A DNA stretch of 51,297 nt, taken from contig CAYOZZ010000381.1 of assembly GCA_964408535.1 (NCBI GenBank), forward strand, positions 1 to 51,297, in the 5' to 3' direction. The position numbers and the translations under genes were made by a program. Position 1 is the first letter of the stretch, and the number at the start of each line of letters is the position of its first letter. The notes below the pieces were generated by a model, which saw only the letters and a list, made by a program, of their open reading frames with translations, was not told the DNA's origin and ran no database searches. Source of the stretch: an uncultured Bacteroidales bacterium (GTDB taxonomy: Bacteria; Bacteroidota; Bacteroidia; Bacteroidales; JAADJA01). Shown in pieces: positions 37,364 through 46,900 of this stretch.

Positions 37364-37915
37364 TTATATTAAATATAACAAAATTAAAACATAAATATAA
37401 TCTTTCAACTCCTCCCGTAATATTTTTAATGCCTTCGACATCTGAACCTCCACAGTTTTAACTGAAATGCCCAGTTTTTCGGCAACCTCTCTATATTTCA
37501 ATTCTTCAAACCTGTTTAGCATAAAGACCTGTTTACATCTTTCGGGCAACTTGTCAAGTGCTGCCGAAATCTTTGTTTCCAGTTCTGCAACGGATATTGC
37601 ATCACTTTCATAAGCCGTTTCATAACCGGCAATATCAACATCAAGCACACTGCTTCTGAATTTCTTGTTGTCACGTATATGGTTCAGACAGCGGTTTCTA
37701 ACGGAAGTAAAAAGATATGACTTGACAGATTTTCCCGAATCAATGGTTTTTTTATTCTGCCAGAGGTTTACAAACACTTTCTGTGTTATCTCTTTTGCAG
37801 TGTCGTCGTCAAAGACATAACTCTTAGCAAAATTGCACAATTCACCGAAATACTGCCTGAACAATTGTTCGAACAGTTTTTTGTCAAGATTTGAGTATGC
37901 AATATTTTCAGCCAA
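37364..37915 (-). CDS. ECF-type RNA polymerase sigma-70 factor
   Basis: 183 aa. Region 2 (FRQYFGELCNFAKSYV) and region 4 HTH (LKYREVAEKLGISVKTVEVQMSKAL). It lies 18 nt upstream of the FecR gene. Confidence 0.9.
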   Translation of the reverse strand: MAENIAYSNLDKKLFEQLFRQYFGELCNFAKSYVFDDDTAKEITQKVFVNLWQNKKTIDSGKSVKSYLFTSVRNRCLNHIRDNKKFRSSVLDVDIAGYETAYESDAISVAELETKISAALDKLPERCKQVFMLNRFEELKYREVAEKLGISVKTVEVQMSKALKILREELKDYIYVLILLYLI

Positions 37916-38140
37916 AAGATTAAGATTTTATTCCGGTGTAAAGATAGATGTAATTTTTTAAATGTGAACCGGTATGAAAAACGAAAGAAACAAAACAATA
38001 TTTTAAAAAAGATGTATAGCCGGATTTTATTAAAAAATACTTGACTTTTGTTGTAAGTTCATATATTTTAGCACCATTAAAAATCCAAAAATCAAATTAG
38101 ACAGTTCATTATTTCTTAAACATTTAAAATCCAATGTATT

Positions 38141-41100
38141 ATGAAGCGATTGATTACTTATTTCGTTTTAAGCCTTGCCTGGATTTTAACAACCCGGACA
38201 GACTTGTCTGCCGGACAACTGTCAAACAGTTCCGACAGAATGAATTATGAAAACTTTCGGTTTGACAAAACCGGATCGAAAGAAGGAAAATTTCATCAAA
38301 ACAAACCTAAAACCAGAAACCATACACGAAACCGGAAAGATTTGTGGTTACATTCGAAAGCTGTGAAGAGACCCTACTCCGGTAATAAATCGGGATCAAA
38401 TGATACCATCCTTGCTAATTATGATTTTTATACTATCCCTGAAGCATCTTTTCTGATAGGAGGTGCGGAGCTTCCGGAGTTGCCTGCTGATTTTTTCGGA
38501 GCCGGTTCCGATCCATTCAGCGGAACCATTTATTTTGCCGGAGAAAATTCATACGGAAATATTGTTCCCTATCCCGATTTTGAAGTGGACAGAATGGAAA
38601 ATGCCTATTTTTCGACTCCGTATCCGTCAACTGACAATGTCGAAATATCTGTTTATGATATGTCTGTGATATCCACTGCCCCTATTACAGTTACATATAA
38701 TAACGGGCAATACAGCGAACAATGGAATGTGGAGATGTATTATTATACAAAGGAAACAAAAGCGGGAGACTCAGTCAGTATTACTAAAACGGACGAAACG
38801 GGTGGATACTTTAGTTACGGACCTATAAGGATTCAACCGTATTTCTCTTTTTGGAATGAAAATGGATTAATAGACTGGGATACCGGTGACAGTATTCCTC
38901 CGATAGTCTATTATTCTGTTAACGATTTAGATTGGTCTCATTCACCTATCGGTCAGGATTTTAATCCTTCGGATGATGATACACTGCATATGAATTCAAC
39001 AGCCGGGGAGTCATTTTTTGACCTGTTTCCTTTAATGTTAAGGTATGAAGATTTTACCGTTTATGCCGATGATGCAGGTAATGTTTCAGGTAGCGGCTCA
39101 GGATTTAATAATGGTGAATGGTACTATTATCCCGGGTTGAATTTGTGGATAACCTGGTTTTATGATCACCAGCTGGATATGGACAGGGTTAAGGAATACT
39201 ATATTGATTTGTCTGTAAGTTCCACAGGAACTCCCTCTAATGCAGAGTTTTATCTTGGTTGGGCAACACCGGAATGGACCAATTTCGGCGGAGTACCGGA
39301 TGAGCCTCCGTTACCGCAGTATCTGCCCAATCCGCAGGAGGAAGAAACTAATATAGCCCTTTTCGATTCGTTTTTATCCGGGGAAATAGACGGTACGGTT
39401 TATCCTTACATTGACTACCAGATAGCAGAATATAATCCTCAATGGGTATGTATAGCGGTAAGAGGAGAAAATTTCGGGGCAGAATACGGCTATTCCGAAC
39501 ATATATGTTTTGATCCCGGTTGGGATAATGATGCGTTTGACTGGGGAGATGCACCTGACCCGGCATATCCGACACTTGCAGTAAACAATGGTGCCCGTAA
39601 TAGAATTTTTATTCAGGAATGGGATGATCCTCTTGCCTTAGGTGACGATGTTGACGGGGAGCCGGACGGACAACCGGATGCCGTTGCCTTAGGTGATGAT
39701 TACAACGGTTTGGACGATGAGAACGGATTAATTGAAATTTCCGAATTAGTACAGGGAAGTGAGGCTTCGATGACTGTTAGTTCTAATCGAACAGGAGGAT
39801 ATTTTAATGCCTGGCTTGATTTTAATGCCGACGGCGACTGGGATGATGAAAACGAACATATTTTTATCAATGAACAGATATGGGACAGTCCGGTTGTTCT
39901 GAGCTTTGATGTGCCTTTTGAAGCAGTGCCCGGACAAACAATGCCCCGCCTGCGGTACAGCTCTTTTGCAGGCTCAGGATATTCAGGCCCTGCCCTTGAC
40001 GGTGAAGTGGAAGACTATGCTGTTAATTTGGAGGCGTTCGGAAATAAATTGGAACAATTACCGGATTCTACATTAGCCGGTTATGAGGCTCATGATTACA
40101 ATAGTGGAGGTGTTTACTCTGTTTTATACGTAGCTGACGACTGGGAATGTGAAGGCGGCTGGGTTAACAAAATAGAATGGTGGGGCTATTACCCAATGTA
40201 TCAAGGAGTTGAGTTGAGAGGCTCAGGAATAGACCATTTTAATGTCAGGATACTATATCATTACCCTGAAGACTGTACACCTGCTAACTGGGAATTATAT
40301 ACAATGGATATTCCTTTCGATTCGGTATATGAAACAGCAACCGGATGGACAAATAATTTAAACAATAATGTTTATCATTACGAATGTAACCTGGCCGAGC
40401 CTTTTATACAGCATCAGGGAGAAAAATACTGGCTTGCAATATCTGCAATTTCAAACAACCCTGATGATCCGGTGCTTTGGAGTTGGCAGGAATCGGCAAA
40501 CCTGCAGGAACCGTCATTTTGCGGCGGTCGGTACAAAGAGTGGCCTAACGGACAATGGGATGAAATCGTCAGGGGGGAATGGCCTGTTTTATATCCCGAT
40601 TATGCTTTTGTGATACATTCCATGGCACCTCAACCTGCCGATTTTGGTGATGCGCCGGATAATGAAGACGATGATTATCAGGTAATCTTGTCGGATTACG
40701 GAGCCGTTCATATAATTGATAATGCCGTATATCTCGGTTCAACGGTGGATGCAGAGCCTGACGGTCAGCCTGATAATAATGCTCTTGGTGACGACAACTC
40801 CGGAACAGACGATGAAGACGGTGTCGTATTTCTCACACCTCTCATAGCCGGTAATATTGCAACAATACAGGTCACAGCTTCTGTTAATGGTTACCTGAAT
40901 GCCTGGGCCGATTTTGCACATTATCAATCGTGGGAAGATCAACAGTTGCTTGACGACTATCTGCTCAATCAAGGCGTTAATGTAATCTCTTTCCCGGTTC
41001 CTTTCAATGCTGTAGCTGGAAATACATATTTCAGGTTCAGATTCTCGACAGTACCGGGACTTGAAGAGTACGGTCAGGCACCTGACGGCGAAGTGGAGGA

Positions 41101-43570
41101 CTATATGGCTGAGGTAACCATTGAGGATAATAAATGGTTACAACCGCCATCCGAAAATCTCTCAGGTAAACCTGCACACGATTATTATGTATATGACAAC
41201 GGACCTGTTTATACCTATAATCAATTGGCTGACGATTGGATTTGTATGGGAGGAAATGTTATCACTGTTAAATGGTGGGGTTCTTATGATATTGACGAAA
41301 ATACGGGGCAGGAAATACGCGGTTCGGGAATTAATTATTGGCATTTAGGTATTAACCTCAATAACGACCAGTATAATGAACCTTCTTCAAGTGAGGAATG
41401 GAGCGCCGATGTGCCGTTTTCACAAATTCAGGAGATTAATACGGGATTTGTCAATTCAAGCGGTGCGGCAATATATGAATATAGTTACGATTTGCCTGTA
41501 CCGTTTGCCCAGATAGCAGGTAATCATTACTGGTTCACTATCGTGGCATTTTGCAATGATGCTGCAGATCCGGCACACTGGAATTGGCAATTGTCATCTT
41601 GCGGCGATATTCGCTTGAATCCTGCAATGTTTTTCTACTATGATGATCCGTCTTGGTATTTACTGTTTTACAATAATGCATATGTGGATCTGGCATTTGA
41701 GATTTTTTCCGATTCTTACACCGGACTTGACTATGGTGATGCCCCGGATATCTATGCTACACTATTTGAGGATGACGGTGCGGCTCATGTCATTGATACT
41801 ACACTTTACCTCGGTGATAAGATTGACGCCGAAGCTGACGGCCAACCCGGAACTTTTGCACTCGGAGACGACCAGAACGGGATTGATGATGAAGACGGTA
41901 TAACTTTTCCTTCATTGTACCGTGGTGCTAATGTAACTTTTACGGTTAAGGCTTCGGCACAGGGTTATTTAAATGCCTGGATTGATTTTGACGGCAACGG
42001 TTCCTGGGAAGAGGGTGATGAACACATATTCGTTGACGAACCGTTAGATGCAGGTTTTAATTATATTTCGGGATATATTCCTGAGGGTGCGGATGCCGGA
42101 TATACATTCGCGAGATTCAGGTTCAGTACCGCCACAGGACTGGAACCCACAGGTATTGCACCTGACGGTGAAGTGGAAGATTATCGTGTTTATATTGAAT
42201 CCGAACCTCCGTTTAAATGGGAACAACCTCCTGAAACGGAGTTCTATGCCCTCCAGGTGAATGCGGCACCGGGTTATTTGCTCGCCGACGACTTTGTTTG
42301 TGACAAGACCGGACCTTTGACCGGAATAAGTATTTACGGCAGTTGGCTGAATAATGACCCTCCGGCAGGTGGTGTTGGAGATGCTGTGTTCACTCTTGCC
42401 ATTCATGATGCAATACCTAACGGTGAAGGAACAATGCCAGGAAACGTGCTCTGGACTCATACTTATCAACCAGGTGAATTCGAATATCAATTTATTATTT
42501 ACGAACAAAACTTCGATTGGCAGAATCCTGACGGAAGCGGTTATTTGGTTTCACCAAATATGGCTTGCATAAGATATGATTTCGAAATTCCAGAAGGCGA
42601 TTTCAAACAGGAAGGGACTCCATATCTACCGAAAAAATATTGGCTTACTCTTCAGGTTTCATCCGGCACTAATTATCTGTTCGGCTGGAACAGCACTTAT
42701 CATGATGAAAAGATAGGCGTTACGAGTTCTGGTAACGGTATGTGGACGACAGGTACCGAACCTTACAACGGAATTTGGGATTCTGTATTTTATGCCAACG
42801 GCCATCCGTATGAGGGTGACCCGGTAGGTTTTGCCTTTGATATAAAAGGGCTGGAAGACCCGTATTTGTTAATAGATTTGCAAGTGGTACCGGAATTTGC
42901 AAGTAATGAGTATAAAGGGAAAGGTAATCCCGACTTTTCGGAAACTGTAATCCCGTTACATCAGCCTTTTGACGGTAATCCGGGAGCAAGGTGGTACTAT
43001 GATGGAGATGAGCAGGTTGAGTATATCCCGTATGCGGGATTTACTTTGGACTGGATATTAGTTGAGTTACGAGATGCTGAATCTGCAGCCGACGCGACCG
43101 ATGCAACTGTTATAGGAAGAGTGCCTGCATTTGTGGATATGGACGGTGATGTTTTCAGCATTAATAATGAGAGTTATTTGAAAATTTACTGTAATCCGGT
43201 TAATATACCGTATATAGCGGTTTGGCAAAGAAATCACCTCGGTATATTATCTTCCGGACCGGTTTATTGGAACGGAGTGGAATATGAATACGACTTCACA
43301 ACAGGACCGGAATCTGCCTATGGGGGTACGGAGGCTTTGAAAAACTTCGGTCAGTCAACTTTCGGTTGGGATATATGGGGTATGTATGGCGGTGATGCCA
43401 ATGGAGACGGTGTTGTTGATATCCAAAATGATCTTCAGACCTGGAATTTGCAATCGGGAGAACACGGTTATCTTGAAGCTGATGTAAATCTTGATTCGGA
43501 AGTTAATAACAAGGATAAAGACGATGTGATTATTGAAAATCAGGGTAAGAGTTGCCTTATTCCTCAATAA
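38141..43570 (+). CDS. Giant secreted protein: 3 x (GEVED-type domain + unassigned WxQPP/ADDW-C module) with a dockerin-like C-terminus and no T9SS sorting domain
   Basis: 1809 aa with a signal peptide. Three D[WFY]GDAPD...GEVEDY modules (nt 39536-40024, 40640-41110, 41729-42190). Each is followed by a module of about 195-213 aa starting K[LW][EL]Q[LP]P (nt 40046-40630, 41129-41710, 42212-42850). The C-terminal GDANGDGVVDIQND...ADVNLDSEVNNKDKD (nt 43388-43531) resembles paired dockerin Ca-binding loops. Confidence 0.85.
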   Translation: MKRLITYFVLSLAWILTTRTDLSAGQLSNSSDRMNYENFRFDKTGSKEGKFHQNKPKTRNHTRNRKDLWLHSKAVKRPYSGNKSGSNDTILANYDFYTIPEASFLIGGAELPELPADFFGAGSDPFSGTIYFAGENSYGNIVPYPDFEVDRMENAYFSTPYPSTDNVEISVYDMSVISTAPITVTYNNGQYSEQWNVEMYYYTKETKAGDSVSITKTDETGGYFSYGPIRIQPYFSFWNENGLIDWDTGDSIPPIVYYSVNDLDWSHSPIGQDFNPSDDDTLHMNSTAGESFFDLFPLMLRYEDFTVYADDAGNVSGSGSGFNNGEWYYYPGLNLWITWFYDHQLDMDRVKEYYIDLSVSSTGTPSNAEFYLGWATPEWTNFGGVPDEPPLPQYLPNPQEEETNIALFDSFLSGEIDGTVYPYIDYQIAEYNPQWVCIAVRGENFGAEYGYSEHICFDPGWDNDAFDWGDAPDPAYPTLAVNNGARNRIFIQEWDDPLALGDDVDGEPDGQPDAVALGDDYNGLDDENGLIEISELVQGSEASMTVSSNRTGGYFNAWLDFNADGDWDDENEHIFINEQIWDSPVVLSFDVPFEAVPGQTMPRLRYSSFAGSGYSGPALDGEVEDYAVNLEAFGNKLEQLPDSTLAGYEAHDYNSGGVYSVLYVADDWECEGGWVNKIEWWGYYPMYQGVELRGSGIDHFNVRILYHYPEDCTPANWELYTMDIPFDSVYETATGWTNNLNNNVYHYECNLAEPFIQHQGEKYWLAISAISNNPDDPVLWSWQESANLQEPSFCGGRYKEWPNGQWDEIVRGEWPVLYPDYAFVIHSMAPQPADFGDAPDNEDDDYQVILSDYGAVHIIDNAVYLGSTVDAEPDGQPDNNALGDDNSGTDDEDGVVFLTPLIAGNIATIQVTASVNGYLNAWADFAHYQSWEDQQLLDDYLLNQGVNVISFPVPFNAVAGNTYFRFRFSTVPGLEEYGQAPDGEVEDYMAEVTIEDNKWLQPPSENLSGKPAHDYYVYDNGPVYTYNQLADDWICMGGNVITVKWWGSYDIDENTGQEIRGSGINYWHLGINLNNDQYNEPSSSEEWSADVPFSQIQEINTGFVNSSGAAIYEYSYDLPVPFAQIAGNHYWFTIVAFCNDAADPAHWNWQLSSCGDIRLNPAMFFYYDDPSWYLLFYNNAYVDLAFEIFSDSYTGLDYGDAPDIYATLFEDDGAAHVIDTTLYLGDKIDAEADGQPGTFALGDDQNGIDDEDGITFPSLYRGANVTFTVKASAQGYLNAWIDFDGNGSWEEGDEHIFVDEPLDAGFNYISGYIPEGADAGYTFARFRFSTATGLEPTGIAPDGEVEDYRVYIESEPPFKWEQPPETEFYALQVNAAPGYLLADDFVCDKTGPLTGISIYGSWLNNDPPAGGVGDAVFTLAIHDAIPNGEGTMPGNVLWTHTYQPGEFEYQFIIYEQNFDWQNPDGSGYLVSPNMACIRYDFEIPEGDFKQEGTPYLPKKYWLTLQVSSGTNYLFGWNSTYHDEKIGVTSSGNGMWTTGTEPYNGIWDSVFYANGHPYEGDPVGFAFDIKGLEDPYLLIDLQVVPEFASNEYKGKGNPDFSETVIPLHQPFDGNPGARWYYDGDEQVEYIPYAGFTLDWILVELRDAESAADATDATVIGRVPAFVDMDGDVFSINNESYLKIYCNPVNIPYIAVWQRNHLGILSSGPVYWNGVEYEYDFTTGPESAYGGTEALKNFGQSTFGWDIWGMYGGDANGDGVVDIQNDLQTWNLQSGEHGYLEADVNLDSEVNNKDKDDVIIENQGKSCLIPQ

Positions 43571-43596
43571 TTTGGAATATTTGATTTATTTATTAA

Positions 43597-43634
43597 CCCC
43601 GGTAACCGGAAAGATTACGGTGCCGGGGTTTTTG
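43597..43634 (+). terminator. Rho-independent terminator after the 1809-aa gene
   Basis: GC-rich stem CCCCGGTAACCG / CGGTGCCGGGG (one bulge, one G-U pair) followed by TTTTT. Confidence 0.75.
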
Positions 43635-43873
43635 TTTGCTTTGCACACGGTATAAATATTGTGTAAATTCAACCTGCCTTATGCAATAATAGTTTAATTA
43701 ACTAATGGATTAATCGGAATAACCCAGGTTTAATGCAATTAACTTTTAACCTTTCCGGAATTTTAAACCCTTCTGAATCCTTTGTAGAAAGCGTAGTTGC
43801 ACTTTTCCGATTATGCTATTGCATAATTCGGGTTTAAAAAAACTTATTAACATTTAACTTTTACATAAATAAA

Positions 43874-43952
43874 TAATATTATATTTGGCCGCTAAAGTCC
43901 TATTTTAATATTATTGAGAATTCTCAGATTTGTTTAATTAAATATTTCCATT
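43874..43952 (+). promoter_or_regulatory. Promoter plus conserved leader (copy A) of the 1846-aa T9SS gene
   Basis: -7 box TATATTTG at 43880-43887. The block TTCTCAGATTTGTTTAATTAAATAT at 43921-43945 recurs, nearly identical, at 49831-49857. Confidence 0.55.
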
Positions 43953-46900
43953 ATGAAACGACTATTACTTTTAATTACATTTGTCAGTGTTTTTGTGCTG
44001 ACAGATAATGTGCAAGCTCAAAAGAGCAAAGTTGTACATCCGACAAAGGTGACAACGGCAATTTATTTTGATGAAATACCCTCTTTAAAGGATTTACCTC
44101 CGGTTGACGATCAATATTACATTGATAACTGGGGAAAATCTGTTGCTGAAGGAGCAGAACATGAGAGTGAAGAGGCACCTAATTATTCCAACTGGAAAGA
44201 TGAAGGTCCTGATCCTGTTTGGCAAAAAGAAAACGGATGGCTGCAAAGTCCAAAAGCATTAATTCAGAATTTTGCAGGACAAAGCAGCCCGTATTTACCA
44301 TCCGATTGTAATGGTACTGTAGGCCCGAATCATTTTATGCAAACTGTAAATACAACTTATGCTATTTGGGATAAGGCAGGGAATCAGGTAGTTGCACCAA
44401 CGGCTATGAATACTCTGTTTTCCGGCGTAGCAGGTTCGGGAAATAATGACGGAGACCCTTTGATATTATTTGATGAACAGGCCGATAAATGGGTAGCAAT
44501 AGAGTTTTCACTGGATGCATATCTGCATGGAGGGACCTATGATTATATGTTATTTGCAGTATCACAGACAAATGACCCGACAGGTGCCTGGTGGCGCTGG
44601 TCCTTTATTATGAACGGATTACCTGACTATGAAAAGGTTGGTATATGGCATGATGGTTATTATATGGGTACAAATTTAGGTTCAACATCTTCATCCGGAG
44701 ATGATGTCTATGTTTTTGAAAGAAGCGTAATGATTACCGGTGGTGCAAATCCACAGCAGGTTCAGTTTCATAACCCAAACAGGCCAAATAATGGTTTTCA
44801 TTGTATTATGCCCCTTGATGCAGACGGAGCAGCTCCTCCAAGCAGTTCACCCGGCCAATTCATAACAATAAATGATGATGCCTGGGGCGGTAGTGATGAA
44901 TTATGGATTTATGAATGTAATGTTGACTGGACAACACCTTCAAATTCGACTTTTTCAAGAACACAACAGATTTCCGTACCTGCATTTGATTCGCAATTCA
45001 ATTCCTGGGGAACGGGGGATATTGCACAATCCGGAACAAGCCAGCTTGTAGATGCTCAACCTTATGTTCTGATGGTTCGCGGGCAATATAAGAATTTTGG
45101 AACAGCGCAATCAATCGTATGCCTTCATACTGTTGATGTGGACGGAACAAATCATGCAGGTGAGCGGTGGTATGAATTGGAAAAAACTTCCCAAACAGAT
45201 CCTACCTGGTCCATAAGACAATCAGGAACTTATGCTCCTGATGCCAATAGCCGGTGGATGGGGAGTATAGCAATAAATGATAATCATGAAATAGCAATGG
45301 GTTATAGTGTTTCCGGTTCTTCAATGAGTCCGAATATCAGATATTGCGGTCAATCGGCATCAGGTAATGCTTCTGCAACAGGTGTAATGGATATTGCAGA
45401 ATCAGCAGATTTGGTTTCTTCACCACAGTCTCAGGGTTCATCCAACAGATGGGGAGATTATTCCTTGATGACGGTTGACCCCACCGATGGGATTACGTTT
45501 TGGTACACTGATGAATATTATAATAGCGGTAAAAAAACCCGGATATTAAGTTTTACAATAGGTTCCTCCGTGCTGACAGCTCAGTTTAGCGGTACTCCGA
45601 CATCAGTGGATGTGGGAAATTCCGTTACTTTTACTGATGCTTCCTACGGCCCGAACCCGATAACATCCTGGAACTGGAGTTTCCCCGGAGGGACACCTTC
45701 AAGTTACAGCGGTCAAAATCCTCCACCGATTACTTACAATACAGTAGGAACTTATAATGTTACTTTGACTGTTGGTGACGGTTCGTCAACGGATGTGGAG
45801 ACTAAAACGAATTACATAAATGTTATTAACTGTACTGTTAGCTCGTATCCTTGGTCCGAAGGCTTTGAAAATGGAGGAAATATACCGGATTGCTGGTCGA
45901 ATGAATATGTGACCGATACTCAGGATTGGGCTTATCAGGCCGGCGGCCACAGTGGAAATCCTTCAGGAGCTCACACAGGTAGTTATAATGCTTATTTATA
46001 CAATGGTTCAACAACAGCCAATGTAACAAAACTTGTAACACCACAACTGGATATGTCAGGTTTATCATCTGCAACTTTAACATTCTGGCATACCCAGGCA
46101 TTATGGTCACCTGATCAGGATGAGTTAAGAATTTATTATAAATCTTCTTCAGGAGGTTCCTGGACCTTATTAGCAGAATATACAAATAACATAACATCCT
46201 GGACACAGGAAACAATAAACCTACCCGGATTGAGTGGAGATTATTATATCGCATTTGAGGGAACTGCAAAATATGGGCATGGAGTTTGCGTTGATGATGT
46301 TTATGTGGACGGCGTGGCCGGTGGTTCGCCTCCGGTTGCAGATTTCTCTGCCGATGACGTTACGCCGGCTGTCGGCCAAACTGTAACTTTTACTGACCTC
46401 TCATCAGATTCTCCCACATCTTGGTCATGGAGTTTTTCTCCGGCTACTATTACTTATGTAGGCGGTACATCTTCTTCATCACAAAACCCGCAGGTTACTT
46501 TTGATGCCACCGGTACTTATTCGGTTACTTTAACGGCAACTAATGCTTATGGAAGTGATGATGAGGTGAAAACAAATTACATCACAGCCGGTTCTTCCTG
46601 TCCTCCTGTTACCTCTTTTCCATATACCCAGGATTTTGATTCATGGACGACAAGCTCACCCGCATATCAGTGTACTGCCGACGGAAGTGTTGCTTTGCAA
46701 GATTGCTGGACAAATGTAACCGGCGATGATTTAGATTGGGATATTTTATCAGGGGCGACCGCCTCAGGTAGTACGGGTCCCTCATCAGATCATACGTCAG
46801 GCTCGGGAAATTATTTATATACCGAATCATCTTCCTGTAATTCAAAAACAGGATATATAACGAGTCCTGTTTTTGATTTGAGTTCTTTTTCAAGTGCATC

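Noticed and set aside
43733-43837. 34-codon small ORF (MQLTFNLSGILNPSESFVESVVALFRLCYCIIRV) in the gap between the giant genes
   Set aside because: No promoter box, no conserved motif, and no start context. It could be real, but the sequence alone gives no support.
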